A DNA stretch of 46,790 nt from an uncultured Rhodothermales bacterium. GTDB lineage: Bacteria; Bacteroidota; Rhodothermia; Rhodothermales; CAYLXM01. The notes under the pieces are model-generated. The model was not told the DNA's origin, did no database searches, and saw only the letters and a list, made by a program, of their open reading frames with translations. Position numbers and translations under genes: made by a program. The stretch covers positions 104,521 to 151,310 of the forward strand of contig CAZIIP010000001.1 in the NCBI GenBank assembly GCA_964539455.1. Reading direction: 5' to 3'. Shown piece by piece: positions 10,244 through 19,726 of the stretch (position 1 is the first letter of the stretch; the number at the start of each line of letters is the position of its first letter).

Positions 10244-10753
10244 ATGCTCCAAACGGCCAAAGCCCAGCCGCCGTCGGATGACAAACGGTGGCGCATTGTC
10301 GAGGCGACCATGCGGCGCAACGGCTACCGCCGTAGTGCGCTGATAGAAACGCTGCACACCGTCCAGGAGACATTTGGATTTCTCGACGAGGAATCGCTAA
10401 CCTTCGTAGCGGGTTCGCTTCGGCTGCCCCTCAGCATGGTATACGGCGTTGCCACCTTTTACCATCTCTTCAGCCTCAAGCCCGCCGGCGCGCACTCCTG
10501 TGTGGTTTGCACCGGAACGGCCTGCTACATCAAGGGGGCCAACGAGATTATCAAGCAAGTAGGGGAGGCATACGACGTCAAGCCTGGTGAGACTTCTCCC
10601 GACGGCAAGGTGTCATTGATGACCGCCCGGTGCGTCGGTTCATGCGGCCTGGCTCCCGTTACCGTGCTTGACGGAGAGGTGATGGGCAAACAGGATGCGG
10701 CGAACACGCTCAATAAGATCGACACCTGGGCCTCTAACGGGACATCGGAATAA
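10244..10753 (+). CDS. hoxE: Bidirectional [NiFe]-hydrogenase diaphorase subunit HoxE (NuoE-like 2Fe-2S)
   Basis: 169 aa, thioredoxin-like [2Fe-2S] ferredoxin with Cys pattern CVVCTGTAC...CVGSCGLAP. It is the first gene of the hoxEFUYHW order. Confidence 0.9.
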   Translation: MLQTAKAQPPSDDKRWRIVEATMRRNGYRRSALIETLHTVQETFGFLDEESLTFVAGSLRLPLSMVYGVATFYHLFSLKPAGAHSCVVCTGTACYIKGANEIIKQVGEAYDVKPGETSPDGKVSLMTARCVGSCGLAPVTVLDGEVMGKQDAANTLNKIDTWASNGTSE

Positions 10754-10799
10754 GCGCATTTAAGAAGGCCCCGCGGTGTGAAAACCCGGTAGTTTTGCC

Positions 10800-12455
10800 A
10801 TGATCCACGAACGTTTTCAGGAAGTCATAGACAAAGAACGCGACCGAACCGCTGCGTATAGCCGCACCGTTCGGGTCTGCCTCGCGGCGAGCTGCAAGTC
10901 ATCCCGGAGTGACCAAGTGCTCAAGGCGATCAAGGACAAGGTCAAGTCTGGTGATGAGGCCAAAACCTGCGAGGTAAAAGGGGTCGGATGCCTTGGGCTT
11001 TGCTCCCGTGGTCCCCTCGTGGCGATCGACAATATGGACGGGGACCAATCAATCAAGACCCTCTATCAGGATGTCACGCCGGAGCGGGCACCGGAGTTGG
11101 TGACGGATGGCGGAAAGGCGGCAAAGGATCTTGTTTGTCCCTCGGACCTGCCCTTCTTTGCCAAGCAGAAAAAGATCGTTCTCAAAAACAGCGGGCTCAT
11201 CGATCCGGAGCGGATCGAGGAATACATCGCCGCAGGTGGTTATCAGGCGCTGTACAACATTGTCACGGACATCGACCCGTCGCAGGTCGTCGATGAAATC
11301 GTCCGGAGTGGCCTGCGTGGCCGGGGTGGTGGTGGTTATCCTACGGGATTGAAATGGACAACCGTTGCAAAGTCGGAGGCCGTCAAGACCAAGTATGTGA
11401 TCTGCAATGCCGATGAGGGTGACCCCGGAGCCTTCATGGATCGCAGTGTCTTAGAGAGTGATCCGCACCGGGTGCTCGAGGGGATGGCCCTTGCCGGTTT
11501 TGCCGTCGGTGCTACAAAAGGCTATATCTACGTTCGAGGGGAGTATCCGCTTGCCATTGCACGTCTGAAGAAAGCCATTAACCAGGCAAAGCGCTTCGGT
11601 GTGCTGGGCACCGGCATATGCGGTACCACGGTCGATTTTATGGTCGAAATTCGCCTCGGTGCCGGCGCATTCGTATGCGGAGAGGAAACCGCGCTGATCG
11701 CATCGATCGAAGGCCGGCGGGGTCAACCGCGTCCACGTCCCCCCTACCCGGCTGAATTCGGCCTCTGGGGTGAGCCGACACTCATCAACAACGTCGAAAC
11801 CTTCGCCAACATCGTTCCCATTCTGCAGAACGGTGCAGACTGGTTTTCCCGGATCGGAACCGATAAGAGCAAGGGAACGAAGGTGTTCGCGCTGGCCGGT
11901 AATGTTGAAAATACGGGCCTGATCGAAGTCCCGATGGGCATGACACTGTCTGAAATCGTCAACGATATCGCCGGCGGCGTTCCAGGTGGCAGACCGATCA
12001 AGGCGGTTCAGACGGGTGGCCCCTCCGGTGGATGCATCCCGACCGAGCATTTCGAAGCCGGCGTGGGCTACAATTCGCTGCAGGAGCTTGGATCCATCAT
12101 GGGATCCGGCGGCATGATTGTCATGGACGACACCAACAGCATGGTCGACGTGGCCCGCTATTTCATGGAATTCTGCATGTCCGAATCGTGCGGAAGATGC
12201 GTTCCCTGTCGCGTCGGCACCGTTCAGATGCACGAGCTGCTCGACCGCATCTATGAAGGAGAGGCCTCTTCCAAAGACCTCGCCTTGCTTGAAGAACTTT
12301 GTACGGTCGTCAGCAGCATGAGCCTTTGCGGGCTCGGTATGACCGCTCCCAATCCGGTGCGCAGCACGCTGCGCTACTTCAGAAATGAATACCTCGACCG
12401 TCTGGTCGATCACAACGGTTCCGCAGAACCCGAAACCGTGCAAGAAGCGTCATGA
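10800..12455 (+). CDS. hoxF: Hydrogenase diaphorase subunit HoxF (NuoF-like, FMN/NAD(P)H-binding)
   Basis: 551 aa. [24 protein letters not shown], and the 4Fe-4S motif [10 protein letters not shown], plus an N-terminal extra thioredoxin-like 2Fe-2S domain. Confidence 0.95.
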   Translation: MIHERFQEVIDKERDRTAAYSRTVRVCLAASCKSSRSDQVLKAIKDKVKSGDEAKTCEVKGVGCLGLCSRGPLVAIDNMDGDQSIKTLYQDVTPERAPELVTDGGKAAKDLVCPSDLPFFAKQKKIVLKNSGLIDPERIEEYIAAGGYQALYNIVTDIDPSQVVDEIVRSGLRGRGGGGYPTGLKWTTVAKSEAVKTKYVICNADEGDPGAFMDRSVLESDPHRVLEGMALAGFAVGATKGYIYVRGEYPLAIARLKKAINQAKRFGVLGTGICGTTVDFMVEIRLGAGAFVCGEETALIASIEGRRGQPRPRPPYPAEFGLWGEPTLINNVETFANIVPILQNGADWFSRIGTDKSKGTKVFALAGNVENTGLIEVPMGMTLSEIVNDIAGGVPGGRPIKAVQTGGPSGGCIPTEHFEAGVGYNSLQELGSIMGSGGMIVMDDTNSMVDVARYFMEFCMSESCGRCVPCRVGTVQMHELLDRIYEGEASSKDLALLEELCTVVSSMSLCGLGMTAPNPVRSTLRYFRNEYLDRLVDHNGSAEPETVQEAS

Positions 12456-13186
12456 TGATGAAAGGGCGCACATCGCGCATTAAAACCCTCAAAATTGACG
12501 GCCAGGATATCGGAGCCAGAGAGGATGAAACCATTCTCGAACTGGCACGCCAGAACGGCATCGATATCCCGACCCTCTGCTACCTCGACGGTGTATCATC
12601 GATCGGCGGATGCCGGCTGTGCATGGTCGAGATCAAAGGTTCGAACAAGCTGCATCCGGCATGCATGACCTACGTCTCCGAAGGGATTGAGGTCGTCACG
12701 CAGTCCGAGCGGCTGGCCCATCACCGGCGCTCTGTGCTCGAATTGCTGTTTTCGGAGCGCAACCACGTATGCGCGGTCTGCGTTTCAAACGGACATTGCG
12801 AACTTCAGCGTTTGGCAACGGATCTCGGCATGACCCACGTCAGCGTCCCGTACAGGCACCCCCGGTTGCCGGTCGACGCAAGCCATCCGAGCTTCGGTCT
12901 CGACCACAATCGCTGTATTCTCTGCACGCGTTGCGTGCGCGTATGTGACGAAATTGAAGGCGCCCACACCTGGGACGTAATGGGTCGCGGTGTAGATGCG
13001 CGCATCGTGGCGGATCTGCACGACCTGTGGGGCAAATCTGAAAGCTGCACCAGTTGCGGCAAGTGTGTCCGGGTGTGCCCTACCGGCGCCCTTTACGAAA
13101 AACGCAGCTCGGTCGCCGAGATGCGCAAGAAGAAGGACTTCCTCCCGTACCTGCAATTAATGCGGGACGAGTCCGACGAGGTCTGA
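12452..13186 (+). CDS. hoxU: Hydrogenase diaphorase subunit HoxU (NuoG N-terminal-like Fe-S protein)
   Basis: 244 aa. 2Fe-2S motif ([18 protein letters not shown]) and two ferredoxin-type 4Fe-4S motifs ([23 protein letters not shown]). Its start overlaps the hoxF stop by 4 nt (12452-12455). Confidence 0.93.
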   Translation: MMMKGRTSRIKTLKIDGQDIGAREDETILELARQNGIDIPTLCYLDGVSSIGGCRLCMVEIKGSNKLHPACMTYVSEGIEVVTQSERLAHHRRSVLELLFSERNHVCAVCVSNGHCELQRLATDLGMTHVSVPYRHPRLPVDASHPSFGLDHNRCILCTRCVRVCDEIEGAHTWDVMGRGVDARIVADLHDLWGKSESCTSCGKCVRVCPTGALYEKRSSVAEMRKKKDFLPYLQLMRDESDEV

Positions 13187-13234
13187 TGGACGGGCGTAAA
13201 CTGATTTTCAACCAATAGCAAGACCGGTTGCCCC

Positions 13235-13768
13235 ATGAGCAAGGTACGACTCGCAACGGCTTGGCTGGACGGATGCTCCGGATGCCATATGTCGTTTCTC
13301 GATCTGGATGAACGGCTGATCGACATTGCCGATATGATCGATGTTGTATATAGCCCCATTGTCGATTTGAAAGACTTCCCCGAGAACGTCGACGTGACAC
13401 TTGTGGAAGGTGCCGTGAGCAACGAGGACGATCTTCAGAAAATCGAGAAGATCCGCGCCCGCACGAAACTCCTAATTTCACTGGGAGATTGTGCCGTGAC
13501 ATCCAACGTCCCGGGTATGCGAAATTACTACAGGATCGAGGACCTCGAAAATCGGGCCTACGTCGAAAACTCAGACATCAACAAAACGGCACCCGACCAG
13601 GTGGTGCCACCTTTGTTGAAGCGTTCAAAACCGATCCACCACGTAGTGGACGTCGACATTTTTCTCCCCGGCTGTCCGCCGCCCGCCGACGCCATCCATC
13701 ATGTATTGTCCGAACTGCTCAACGGACGTACGCCGGATGTAAGGGGCATCTCGCGTTTCGGCGCCTGA
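13235..13768 (+). CDS. hoxY: [NiFe]-hydrogenase small subunit HoxY
   Basis: 177 aa with proximal-cluster cysteines (LDGCSGCHMSFLD, LGDCAV, PGCPP). The size is typical of the group-3 delta subunit. Confidence 0.93.
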   Translation: MSKVRLATAWLDGCSGCHMSFLDLDERLIDIADMIDVVYSPIVDLKDFPENVDVTLVEGAVSNEDDLQKIEKIRARTKLLISLGDCAVTSNVPGMRNYYRIEDLENRAYVENSDINKTAPDQVVPPLLKRSKPIHHVVDVDIFLPGCPPPADAIHHVLSELLNGRTPDVRGISRFGA

Positions 13769-13813
13769 TCCGCTCCCCTGTTTTCAGATCCACCCTGTCG
13801 CGACTGAATAGAG

Positions 13814-15235
13814 ATGAGTAAAACGATCACGATAGACCCGATTACCCGTATCGAGGGACATAGCAAGATCACGATTCAACTGGATGACAAGGGCGTCGTC
13901 CGGGATGCGCGCTTTCACGTGACGCAGTTTCGTGGATTCGAGAAGTTCACGGAAGGCCGCTCTTTCCGCGAAATGCCTTCGCTCACGGCGCGGATTTGTG
14001 GGATCTGCCCGGTCAGTCACCTGATCTCATCATCCAAGGCATGTGACGCCCTACTGGCCGTTGCAATTCCCGAAACGGCTGCCAACCTCCGCAGGATGCT
14101 GAATCTGGCGCAGGTCGCCCAGTCGCACGCGTTGAGTTTCTTCCACCTTTCCGCGCCGGATTTTGTGCTCGGATTCGATTCGGATCCGGCCAAGCGCAAC
14201 ATTCTGGGCATGCTCAAAAAGCATCCCGACCTGGCACGAGACGGGATTATGCTGCGCAAGTTCGGGCAGGAGATTATCCGGATTCTTGGTGGAAAGAAAA
14301 TTCACCCCGCCTGGACCGTACCAGGAGGCGTCAGTTCGCCGCTTTCCGAGGAGGACCATGCTTCCATCAAGGCAGGTATTCCGGAAGCGCTGGAGCAGGC
14401 CCGCAGGACGCTGGACTGGTACAAGAACGTTTTTGGCTCCTTTGAAGACGAGATCCGCACCTTCGCCAACTTCCCGTCCATGTTCATGGGTCAGGTAACC
14501 CCGGAAGGTGAACTCGCACTCTACGACGGCAAGCTTCGGATTGTCGATGCCGTTGGTGAGATCGTGGCCGATCAGCTGGACCCGTCCGACTACCGGGATT
14601 ACATAGGCGAGGCGGTCGAACCCGATTCGTACCTCAAATCTCCGTACTACCGTCCGAAAGGGTATCCGGAAGGCATCTATCGTGTCGGGCCTCTTGCCAG
14701 AATGAACATCGTGTCGCGTGTCGGCACCCCGCTGGCGGATGAGGAATGGGCGGAATTCAGGATGCTGCAGCGCGGTGCGGTACTTAGCTCGTTCCAATAC
14801 CATTATGCTCGCCTTATCGAGTTGCTCCACTGCATCGAAAAAATCGATGAGTTGCTGGATGATCCGAACATTCTGAACACCCATGTCAGGGCATGGGCCG
14901 AGCCCAACCGGCTGGAAGGCGTTGGATGCTCCGAGGCGCCACGCGGTACACTCTTTCACCACTACAAGATTGACCAGAACGGCCTGATCAAGTGGATGAA
15001 CCTGATTATCGCCACCGGACATAACAACCTGGCGATGAATAAAGGGGTGTTGCAGGTGGCGAAGCAGTTCGTCAAAGGGAAGAAGATCAAGGAAGGCATG
15101 CTGAACCGTGTTGAAGCAGTAATCCGGACATTCGATCCCTGCCTGAGTTGTTCGACGCACGCGTACGGACAGATGCCGCTGCATGTGCAACTGATAAGTG
15201 AGGATGGAGAAGTGGTGGACGAGACCTGTTCATAG
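13814..15235 (+). CDS. hoxH: [NiFe]-hydrogenase large subunit HoxH
   Basis: 473 aa. N-terminal Ni-binding motif [10 protein letters not shown] and C-terminal DPCLSCSTH, followed by a 24-aa extension ([24 protein letters not shown]) of the kind removed by a maturation protease. Confidence 0.96.
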   Translation: MSKTITIDPITRIEGHSKITIQLDDKGVVRDARFHVTQFRGFEKFTEGRSFREMPSLTARICGICPVSHLISSSKACDALLAVAIPETAANLRRMLNLAQVAQSHALSFFHLSAPDFVLGFDSDPAKRNILGMLKKHPDLARDGIMLRKFGQEIIRILGGKKIHPAWTVPGGVSSPLSEEDHASIKAGIPEALEQARRTLDWYKNVFGSFEDEIRTFANFPSMFMGQVTPEGELALYDGKLRIVDAVGEIVADQLDPSDYRDYIGEAVEPDSYLKSPYYRPKGYPEGIYRVGPLARMNIVSRVGTPLADEEWAEFRMLQRGAVLSSFQYHYARLIELLHCIEKIDELLDDPNILNTHVRAWAEPNRLEGVGCSEAPRGTLFHHYKIDQNGLIKWMNLIIATGHNNLAMNKGVLQVAKQFVKGKKIKEGMLNRVEAVIRTFDPCLSCSTHAYGQMPLHVQLISEDGEVVDETCS

Positions 15236-15251
15236 CGAGTCGGAGTGAACG

Positions 15252-15707
15252 ATGAGACCGCTTGTCATCGCATACGGAAATTCCCTTCGGGGGGACGACG
15301 GTGTATCCTTCGCAGTGTTGGACCGAACGTCGCAACGTGTAGAAACGTCCTTTATGTCGATGCGTGAGCCTCAGCTCGATCTGGAGTTCTCCGAGGCCAT
15401 CAGCGAAAGCAGTCTCGTCGTGTTTATCGACGCATCTGTGGTCGGAGAGCCGGGAGACGTAGCGATGCAGTGGATCGAACCGAGGGTGGATGAGATCGCC
15501 CGAAGTCACGACTGTACGCCCGGAGCCCTCCTTGCATATACCAAAGCGGTTCACGGCAGGGCGCCGCGCGCTGCCCTGGTTACGGTCGTCGGCAGCTCTT
15601 TCGACTTCTGCGAGACCCTCTCTGTGGCTGCGCAATCCGGCGTCTCGGGCGCCGCCCGGATCGTAGCCGAATTGGTGGAAGAATGGCAGGAGGAGTTTGC
15701 TGGCTAG
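15252..15707 (+). CDS. hoxW: Hydrogenase maturation endopeptidase HoxW
   Basis: 151 aa, HycI/HoxW-like (VIAYGNSLRGDDGVSF, VFIDA). It sits immediately downstream of hoxH. Confidence 0.85.
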   Translation: MRPLVIAYGNSLRGDDGVSFAVLDRTSQRVETSFMSMREPQLDLEFSEAISESSLVVFIDASVVGEPGDVAMQWIEPRVDEIARSHDCTPGALLAYTKAVHGRAPRAALVTVVGSSFDFCETLSVAAQSGVSGAARIVAELVEEWQEEFAG

Positions 15708-16777
15708 GCCATTTTGGCGACGGCGGCGGAAAGCTGTTCGATGACCTTTCTGGCTATCCTTCGCCCAACCAGTCTGAAAAGCGGCGAAAGCGCGTTTCTC
15801 GGGAACCGCTTCGGATGATAGTGCAATTCGAGTCGCACACGGCTGCCGCCATTGTCTTCGTCGATCAGCCAGAATAGCGCAAATCGATCCACAAGCGGAT
15901 TTTCCCGGACCACCTCGCCGTAGACGAGCCGGTCTCCTTCGAAATCCGCGGTCGTGGTTTCGAAATCGATCGTCTGCCCCTGCACGAGGCACCGGTGGCG
16001 GGTGCCTACCCTGGTCACCCGATCTTCCTCGAATTCGAATTCATCGATCCCCTCCGTCCAGATTGGTCGGAGATCGAGACGGGACACCAGTTCGTACATC
16101 GCTGCAGGCGACACGGGAACCCGCGTCTCCTCTATCAGCGGCCGGTTCGTGCGCTCGAACAGGCTGGGCGGTGCAGGATCCGGTACCTCGGCGTGAAGCG
16201 CCTCGAGTGATACGAACCGGTAAGCGACCTCCCCCACGTCTTGGTAGGCCGATTTTCCTTCGCTCAGTGTCACCCATTCAGGGAGCGTGACGGCGCCTTG
16301 ATCCCTTTCTGCCGAAAAAAACGGCTCCGTCAAGAGCAGGTACTCGCGACCATCCACTGAATTTTTAAGAAGTTTGTGCGCGAGAATGGTGTCGACGCCG
16401 TGCGGCTTTTTGAAGTTTTTAATCCGGATAAAATCAACGGGGCCCCTGTGTGCGATGAATTTGAGTGTCAGTTTGCTTGCCGTCGTACATGCACCGCACT
16501 GACAGAGCCGCCGTACTTCATACTCCTTCAAATGCGCGTGGAACCGCAAGAAGGTCTCCCGCGACTGGGTGATCAACTCATCGACTGCCGGTACACCGTC
16601 CTCACTGTAAAACAACACGGCGTCCCCTTCTATTTCGCCTACCGTAAGGCCCAGTTGGTCAGCGTCGATAATCAACTCGAGCAGTTCCGCGATGATGTGG
16701 CGGCTATGGGTAACCTCCGTTTCGTTGACAAATCGCGTAAATCCGCTGATATCGGGAATAAGAAGTAGTGATTCCAT
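15704..16777 (-). CDS. DUF2652-like (nucleotidyl-cyclase-like fold) protein with SRPBCC/START-like C-terminal half
   Basis: 357 aa. The N-terminus MESLLLIPDISGFTRFVNETE...GDAVLFY matches my memory of the DUF2652 signature. The C-terminal domain call is tentative. Its stop overlaps the hoxW stop in a CTAG tetranucleotide. Confidence 0.6.
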   Translation of the reverse strand: MESLLLIPDISGFTRFVNETEVTHSRHIIAELLELIIDADQLGLTVGEIEGDAVLFYSEDGVPAVDELITQSRETFLRFHAHLKEYEVRRLCQCGACTTASKLTLKFIAHRGPVDFIRIKNFKKPHGVDTILAHKLLKNSVDGREYLLLTEPFFSAERDQGAVTLPEWVTLSEGKSAYQDVGEVAYRFVSLEALHAEVPDPAPPSLFERTNRPLIEETRVPVSPAAMYELVSRLDLRPIWTEGIDEFEFEEDRVTRVGTRHRCLVQGQTIDFETTTADFEGDRLVYGEVVRENPLVDRFALFWLIDEDNGGSRVRLELHYHPKRFPRNALSPLFRLVGRRIARKVIEQLSAAVAKMA

Positions 16778-17071
16778 TGGATCGGTATGCCGACAAAGAA
16801 TACACAGTTATGTGAAGATCCGCGAACGAAAACGTTACACGCTTTCGTTGCAGAAACAGCGGTCCGCAGCTTGTTTGCTGCATTCACGAAAAAATGGTGC
16901 TCGAAGCATGGATCAACTTTGCAATCTAACATGTTTTACACATATTTTTCCGCTGGAATGTACTGGACGCGTACTCGGGGCTTGAATCTTCCGCCATCGG
17001 CCACCTGCCCTGTCAATCCCGCTATTCCGGATGCTCGCGACAAACGTTCACGCTAAGATTGGAGGTGCTGA

Positions 17072-17755
17072 ATGAATCCTTATGTCACGCAGGCACTATT
17101 TGATTTTCTGTCCGAACTAAAAGAAAACAACAACAGGGACTGGTTTAAGGCCAATAAAAGGCGGTACGAGCAGGACGTCAAGGATCCGCTGTTACAGTTC
17201 ACGGCTGACTTTGCGCCGGCTCTTGCAGAAATCAGCCCGGAGTTTCTGGCCATTCCGAAGGCAAGCGGTGGGTCGCTGTTCCGAATCTATCGCGACATCC
17301 GGTTTTCAAAGGACAAGACACCGTATAAAACCCATGCGGCGCTTCAGTTTCGTCACAGCTCCGGTAAAGATGCGCATGCCCCCGGATTCTACATTCACAT
17401 CGAACCGAATAATGTGTTTGTCGGCGGCGGGGTCTGGCGCCCTGACAGTAAGTCGCTGCGTTTAATACGCAACGCTATCGCGGAAAATCCGGATTCATGG
17501 GAAGAAATTCTATCTGCAGTGCCGTTCGCCTCGACCTTTAATCAGGCGGGAGACCGGCTGAAGCGGGCGCCAAAGGGGTTCGATCCGGAGCATCCGATGA
17601 TTGAAGAACTGAAGCGCAAGGATATTTTTGGCTATTCGAAACTGGACAAGGAGGAATATCTTGGGCCGGCGTTTCTGCCGGTGGTCGCCGAACGGCTGAA
17701 ACAGATGCGAGCGTACATGGAGTTTCTGACTACGAGCATCGGACAACCATTTTAG
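17072..17755 (+). CDS. TIGR02453/DUF2461 family protein
   Basis: 227 aa with the hallmark segments FLSELKENNNRDWFKANKRRYE and RIYRDIRFSKDKTPYKTH. Confidence 0.8.
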   Translation: MNPYVTQALFDFLSELKENNNRDWFKANKRRYEQDVKDPLLQFTADFAPALAEISPEFLAIPKASGGSLFRIYRDIRFSKDKTPYKTHAALQFRHSSGKDAHAPGFYIHIEPNNVFVGGGVWRPDSKSLRLIRNAIAENPDSWEEILSAVPFASTFNQAGDRLKRAPKGFDPEHPMIEELKRKDIFGYSKLDKEEYLGPAFLPVVAERLKQMRAYMEFLTTSIGQPF

Positions 17756-17949
17756 TCGCGCACTATAGACCGCCGCGACGGCGATACGGCATAGTGCAGG
17801 CACTGGATTTCGCTCAGATGGTCACGCGGCCACCTGCCGACGAGTGTCTCAAAGTTGCGTTTGCGCTTGACTCCGCTATCACACGATGCCGGAGTCTTCA
17901 GCGGAGTTTGTACCTTGTGACCGCACTTATTTGAGCCTAAGAACGGACC

Positions 17950-18813
17950 ATGGCCTGGTCTTGCCACTTCGACATACGTTTTCTCGGGCCGGCAACCGAA
18001 ACCGGATCGATGCGGATCAGCGATCTTGCTCCGGCTATGCTGTCGCTCAACGATCTGTTCACACGTGCTCACGAGCTTGTGAACGCCTATCCTTCTTCCC
18101 TGTCCCTGAACATTCAGGATGTAAAAAGCGGCAGCCATGTATCTCTTGCACTGGTAGAGAACCTCGATCCGGCCCTGGTAAATCTATTCACGCCCGACGG
18201 AAAGCGAATCCTTCAGGACCTCATCGATTTGATCATCGGACCGGACGGGCTCATGGGCTTCATCGATCTGGTCGCTTTGCGGCCGTTTTCGCGAGAGCGG
18301 GAAAACAACGAGGGAACGTGCGTAATTTTCGAAGACGGTGAATCGGTTGTCGTTGACCGTCGCATTCCCCATTTGTACAACAATCACCGCATCCGCCAGT
18401 ATGCCTACGGCACGCTCCAGCCGCTGGAACGGGATGGAATCACGCGTATGGCAGCCAAGGGCATCAAATTCGACAAGGATCGGCTGGCATATTTTGATCC
18501 TCCGGATATCGAAAGAAACAGCCCGGAAATCGACGTCTCGAACGTCGTACTTGCGCCCGAGACCGTTCATTTTGGCGGACAGAAACGCTGGCGCTTCAAT
18601 AATGGGGAGAACGCCCTGAACGTCACGATGTCGGACACTTCCTTTCTGGAGCGTGTAGCCGCCGGCTCACTTTCCATCTCGTCTCTCGACCGGTTTCTTG
18701 TGCGCTTGCGAACCACCCGATGGAAAAGTGAGTGGGGCGTGAAAGAGGAGTTCGTCATCGACAAGGTGCTCGAACACCGCTCTCCCGGCGCGGACGCTAC
18801 CCTGTTCGACTAG
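17950..18813 (+). CDS. Hypothetical protein (no family recognised)
   Basis: 287-aa ORF. An in-frame TAA at 17938-17940 limits the N-terminus, and 18010 (MRISDLAP) is an alternative start. Composition is protein-like but I recognised no motif. Confidence 0.5.
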   Translation: MAWSCHFDIRFLGPATETGSMRISDLAPAMLSLNDLFTRAHELVNAYPSSLSLNIQDVKSGSHVSLALVENLDPALVNLFTPDGKRILQDLIDLIIGPDGLMGFIDLVALRPFSRERENNEGTCVIFEDGESVVVDRRIPHLYNNHRIRQYAYGTLQPLERDGITRMAAKGIKFDKDRLAYFDPPDIERNSPEIDVSNVVLAPETVHFGGQKRWRFNNGENALNVTMSDTSFLERVAAGSLSISSLDRFLVRLRTTRWKSEWGVKEEFVIDKVLEHRSPGADATLFD

Positions 18814-18825
18814 GGCTTGTTTACG

Positions 18826-19596
18826 CTATCGATCGAACCGCGCCATCACCGGTGCGTGGTCCGAAGGCTTGCTTCCTTTGCGCTCGTCGCGGTCTACCCA
18901 TGCCGCTGAGCACCCCTCTCCAAGTTCAGGTGTGGCAAGAATGTGGTCGATTCTAACTCCGTCACCTTTGGGAAATGCCAACCGCCGGTAGTCCCACCAC
19001 GAAAACGGCCCGGGCGGATCATTCTTCAACCGTACGACATCAACCAGTCCCCGCTGCAATAATCCGTCAAACCTCTCGCGCACCTCCTCATGTGTAAGAA
19101 CCGTGTTCTGCCATCGCTCGGGGAACGCAATGTCCTCGTCCCGTGGCGCAATGTTGTAATCGCCGCAGACGATCAGGGGGAGACCGGATTGCTCTGGACG
19201 ATCTAGATAGCCCTTAAGCCGCTGCAGCCATTCGAGCTTATACGCATAGGCATCCGACTCCACCGTCTTGCCGTTGGGTACGTATATGCAAACCAGACGA
19301 ACCCCGCCAATGGTTGCGGAGATCAGCCGTGCTTGCATATCGTAGGGTCCATCCGGCCAACCCGATTCCACATCTTCCGGCTTCTCGCGTGAGACGATGG
19401 CTACGCCGTTGTACGTCTTCTGTCCATAAACCGCACAGTAATAACCGGCCTCATCGAGTGCCGCATAAGGAAATCTTTCCGTCTCCGCTTTGAGTTCCTG
19501 CAAGCAAACGACGTCCGGGTCATGTCGCTGCAGAAATGCCAGCAACCGTTCTTCTCTGGCGCGGATGGAATTGATGTTCCAGGTGGCGATCAACAT
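18826..19596 (-). CDS. xthA: Exodeoxyribonuclease III (AP endonuclease)
   Basis: 256 aa. MLIATWNINSIRAR, VCLQELK, and C-terminal SDHAPV. Confidence 0.95.
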   Translation of the reverse strand: MLIATWNINSIRAREERLLAFLQRHDPDVVCLQELKAETERFPYAALDEAGYYCAVYGQKTYNGVAIVSREKPEDVESGWPDGPYDMQARLISATIGGVRLVCIYVPNGKTVESDAYAYKLEWLQRLKGYLDRPEQSGLPLIVCGDYNIAPRDEDIAFPERWQNTVLTHEEVRERFDGLLQRGLVDVVRLKNDPPGPFSWWDYRRLAFPKGDGVRIDHILATPELGEGCSAAWVDRDERKGSKPSDHAPVMARFDR

Positions 19597-19726
19597 GTCG
19601 GACTCGGGCTTTATACAACCTTATAAGATAACCGGTTTTCCATGTCTGTCAGCGACAATTTTTGTATTTTTCCAAGATATATGAAGCGGATTCCCCCGCA
19701 TTTTTGCCACATCTGAGTCGTATTTC

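Noticed and set aside
14051-15190. Long antisense ORFs opposite real genes: 14051-15190, 11451-12443, 8627-9412, 19736-20593, 21038-21835, 34584-35267, 43396-44106 and 15087-15992
   Set aside because: Each lies fully inside, or across, a strongly supported gene on the other strand (hoxH, hoxF, sulfatase, gyrA, imuB, dinB, hoxW). They have Arg/Gly/His-rich compositions typical of GC-rich antisense frames and no recognisable motifs.
15704-15707. 4-nt overlap of the convergent hoxW and DUF2652 stop codons (CTAG)
   Set aside because: This is a trivial consequence of TAG stops on both strands sharing a palindromic CTAG. There is no evidence for a functional element.
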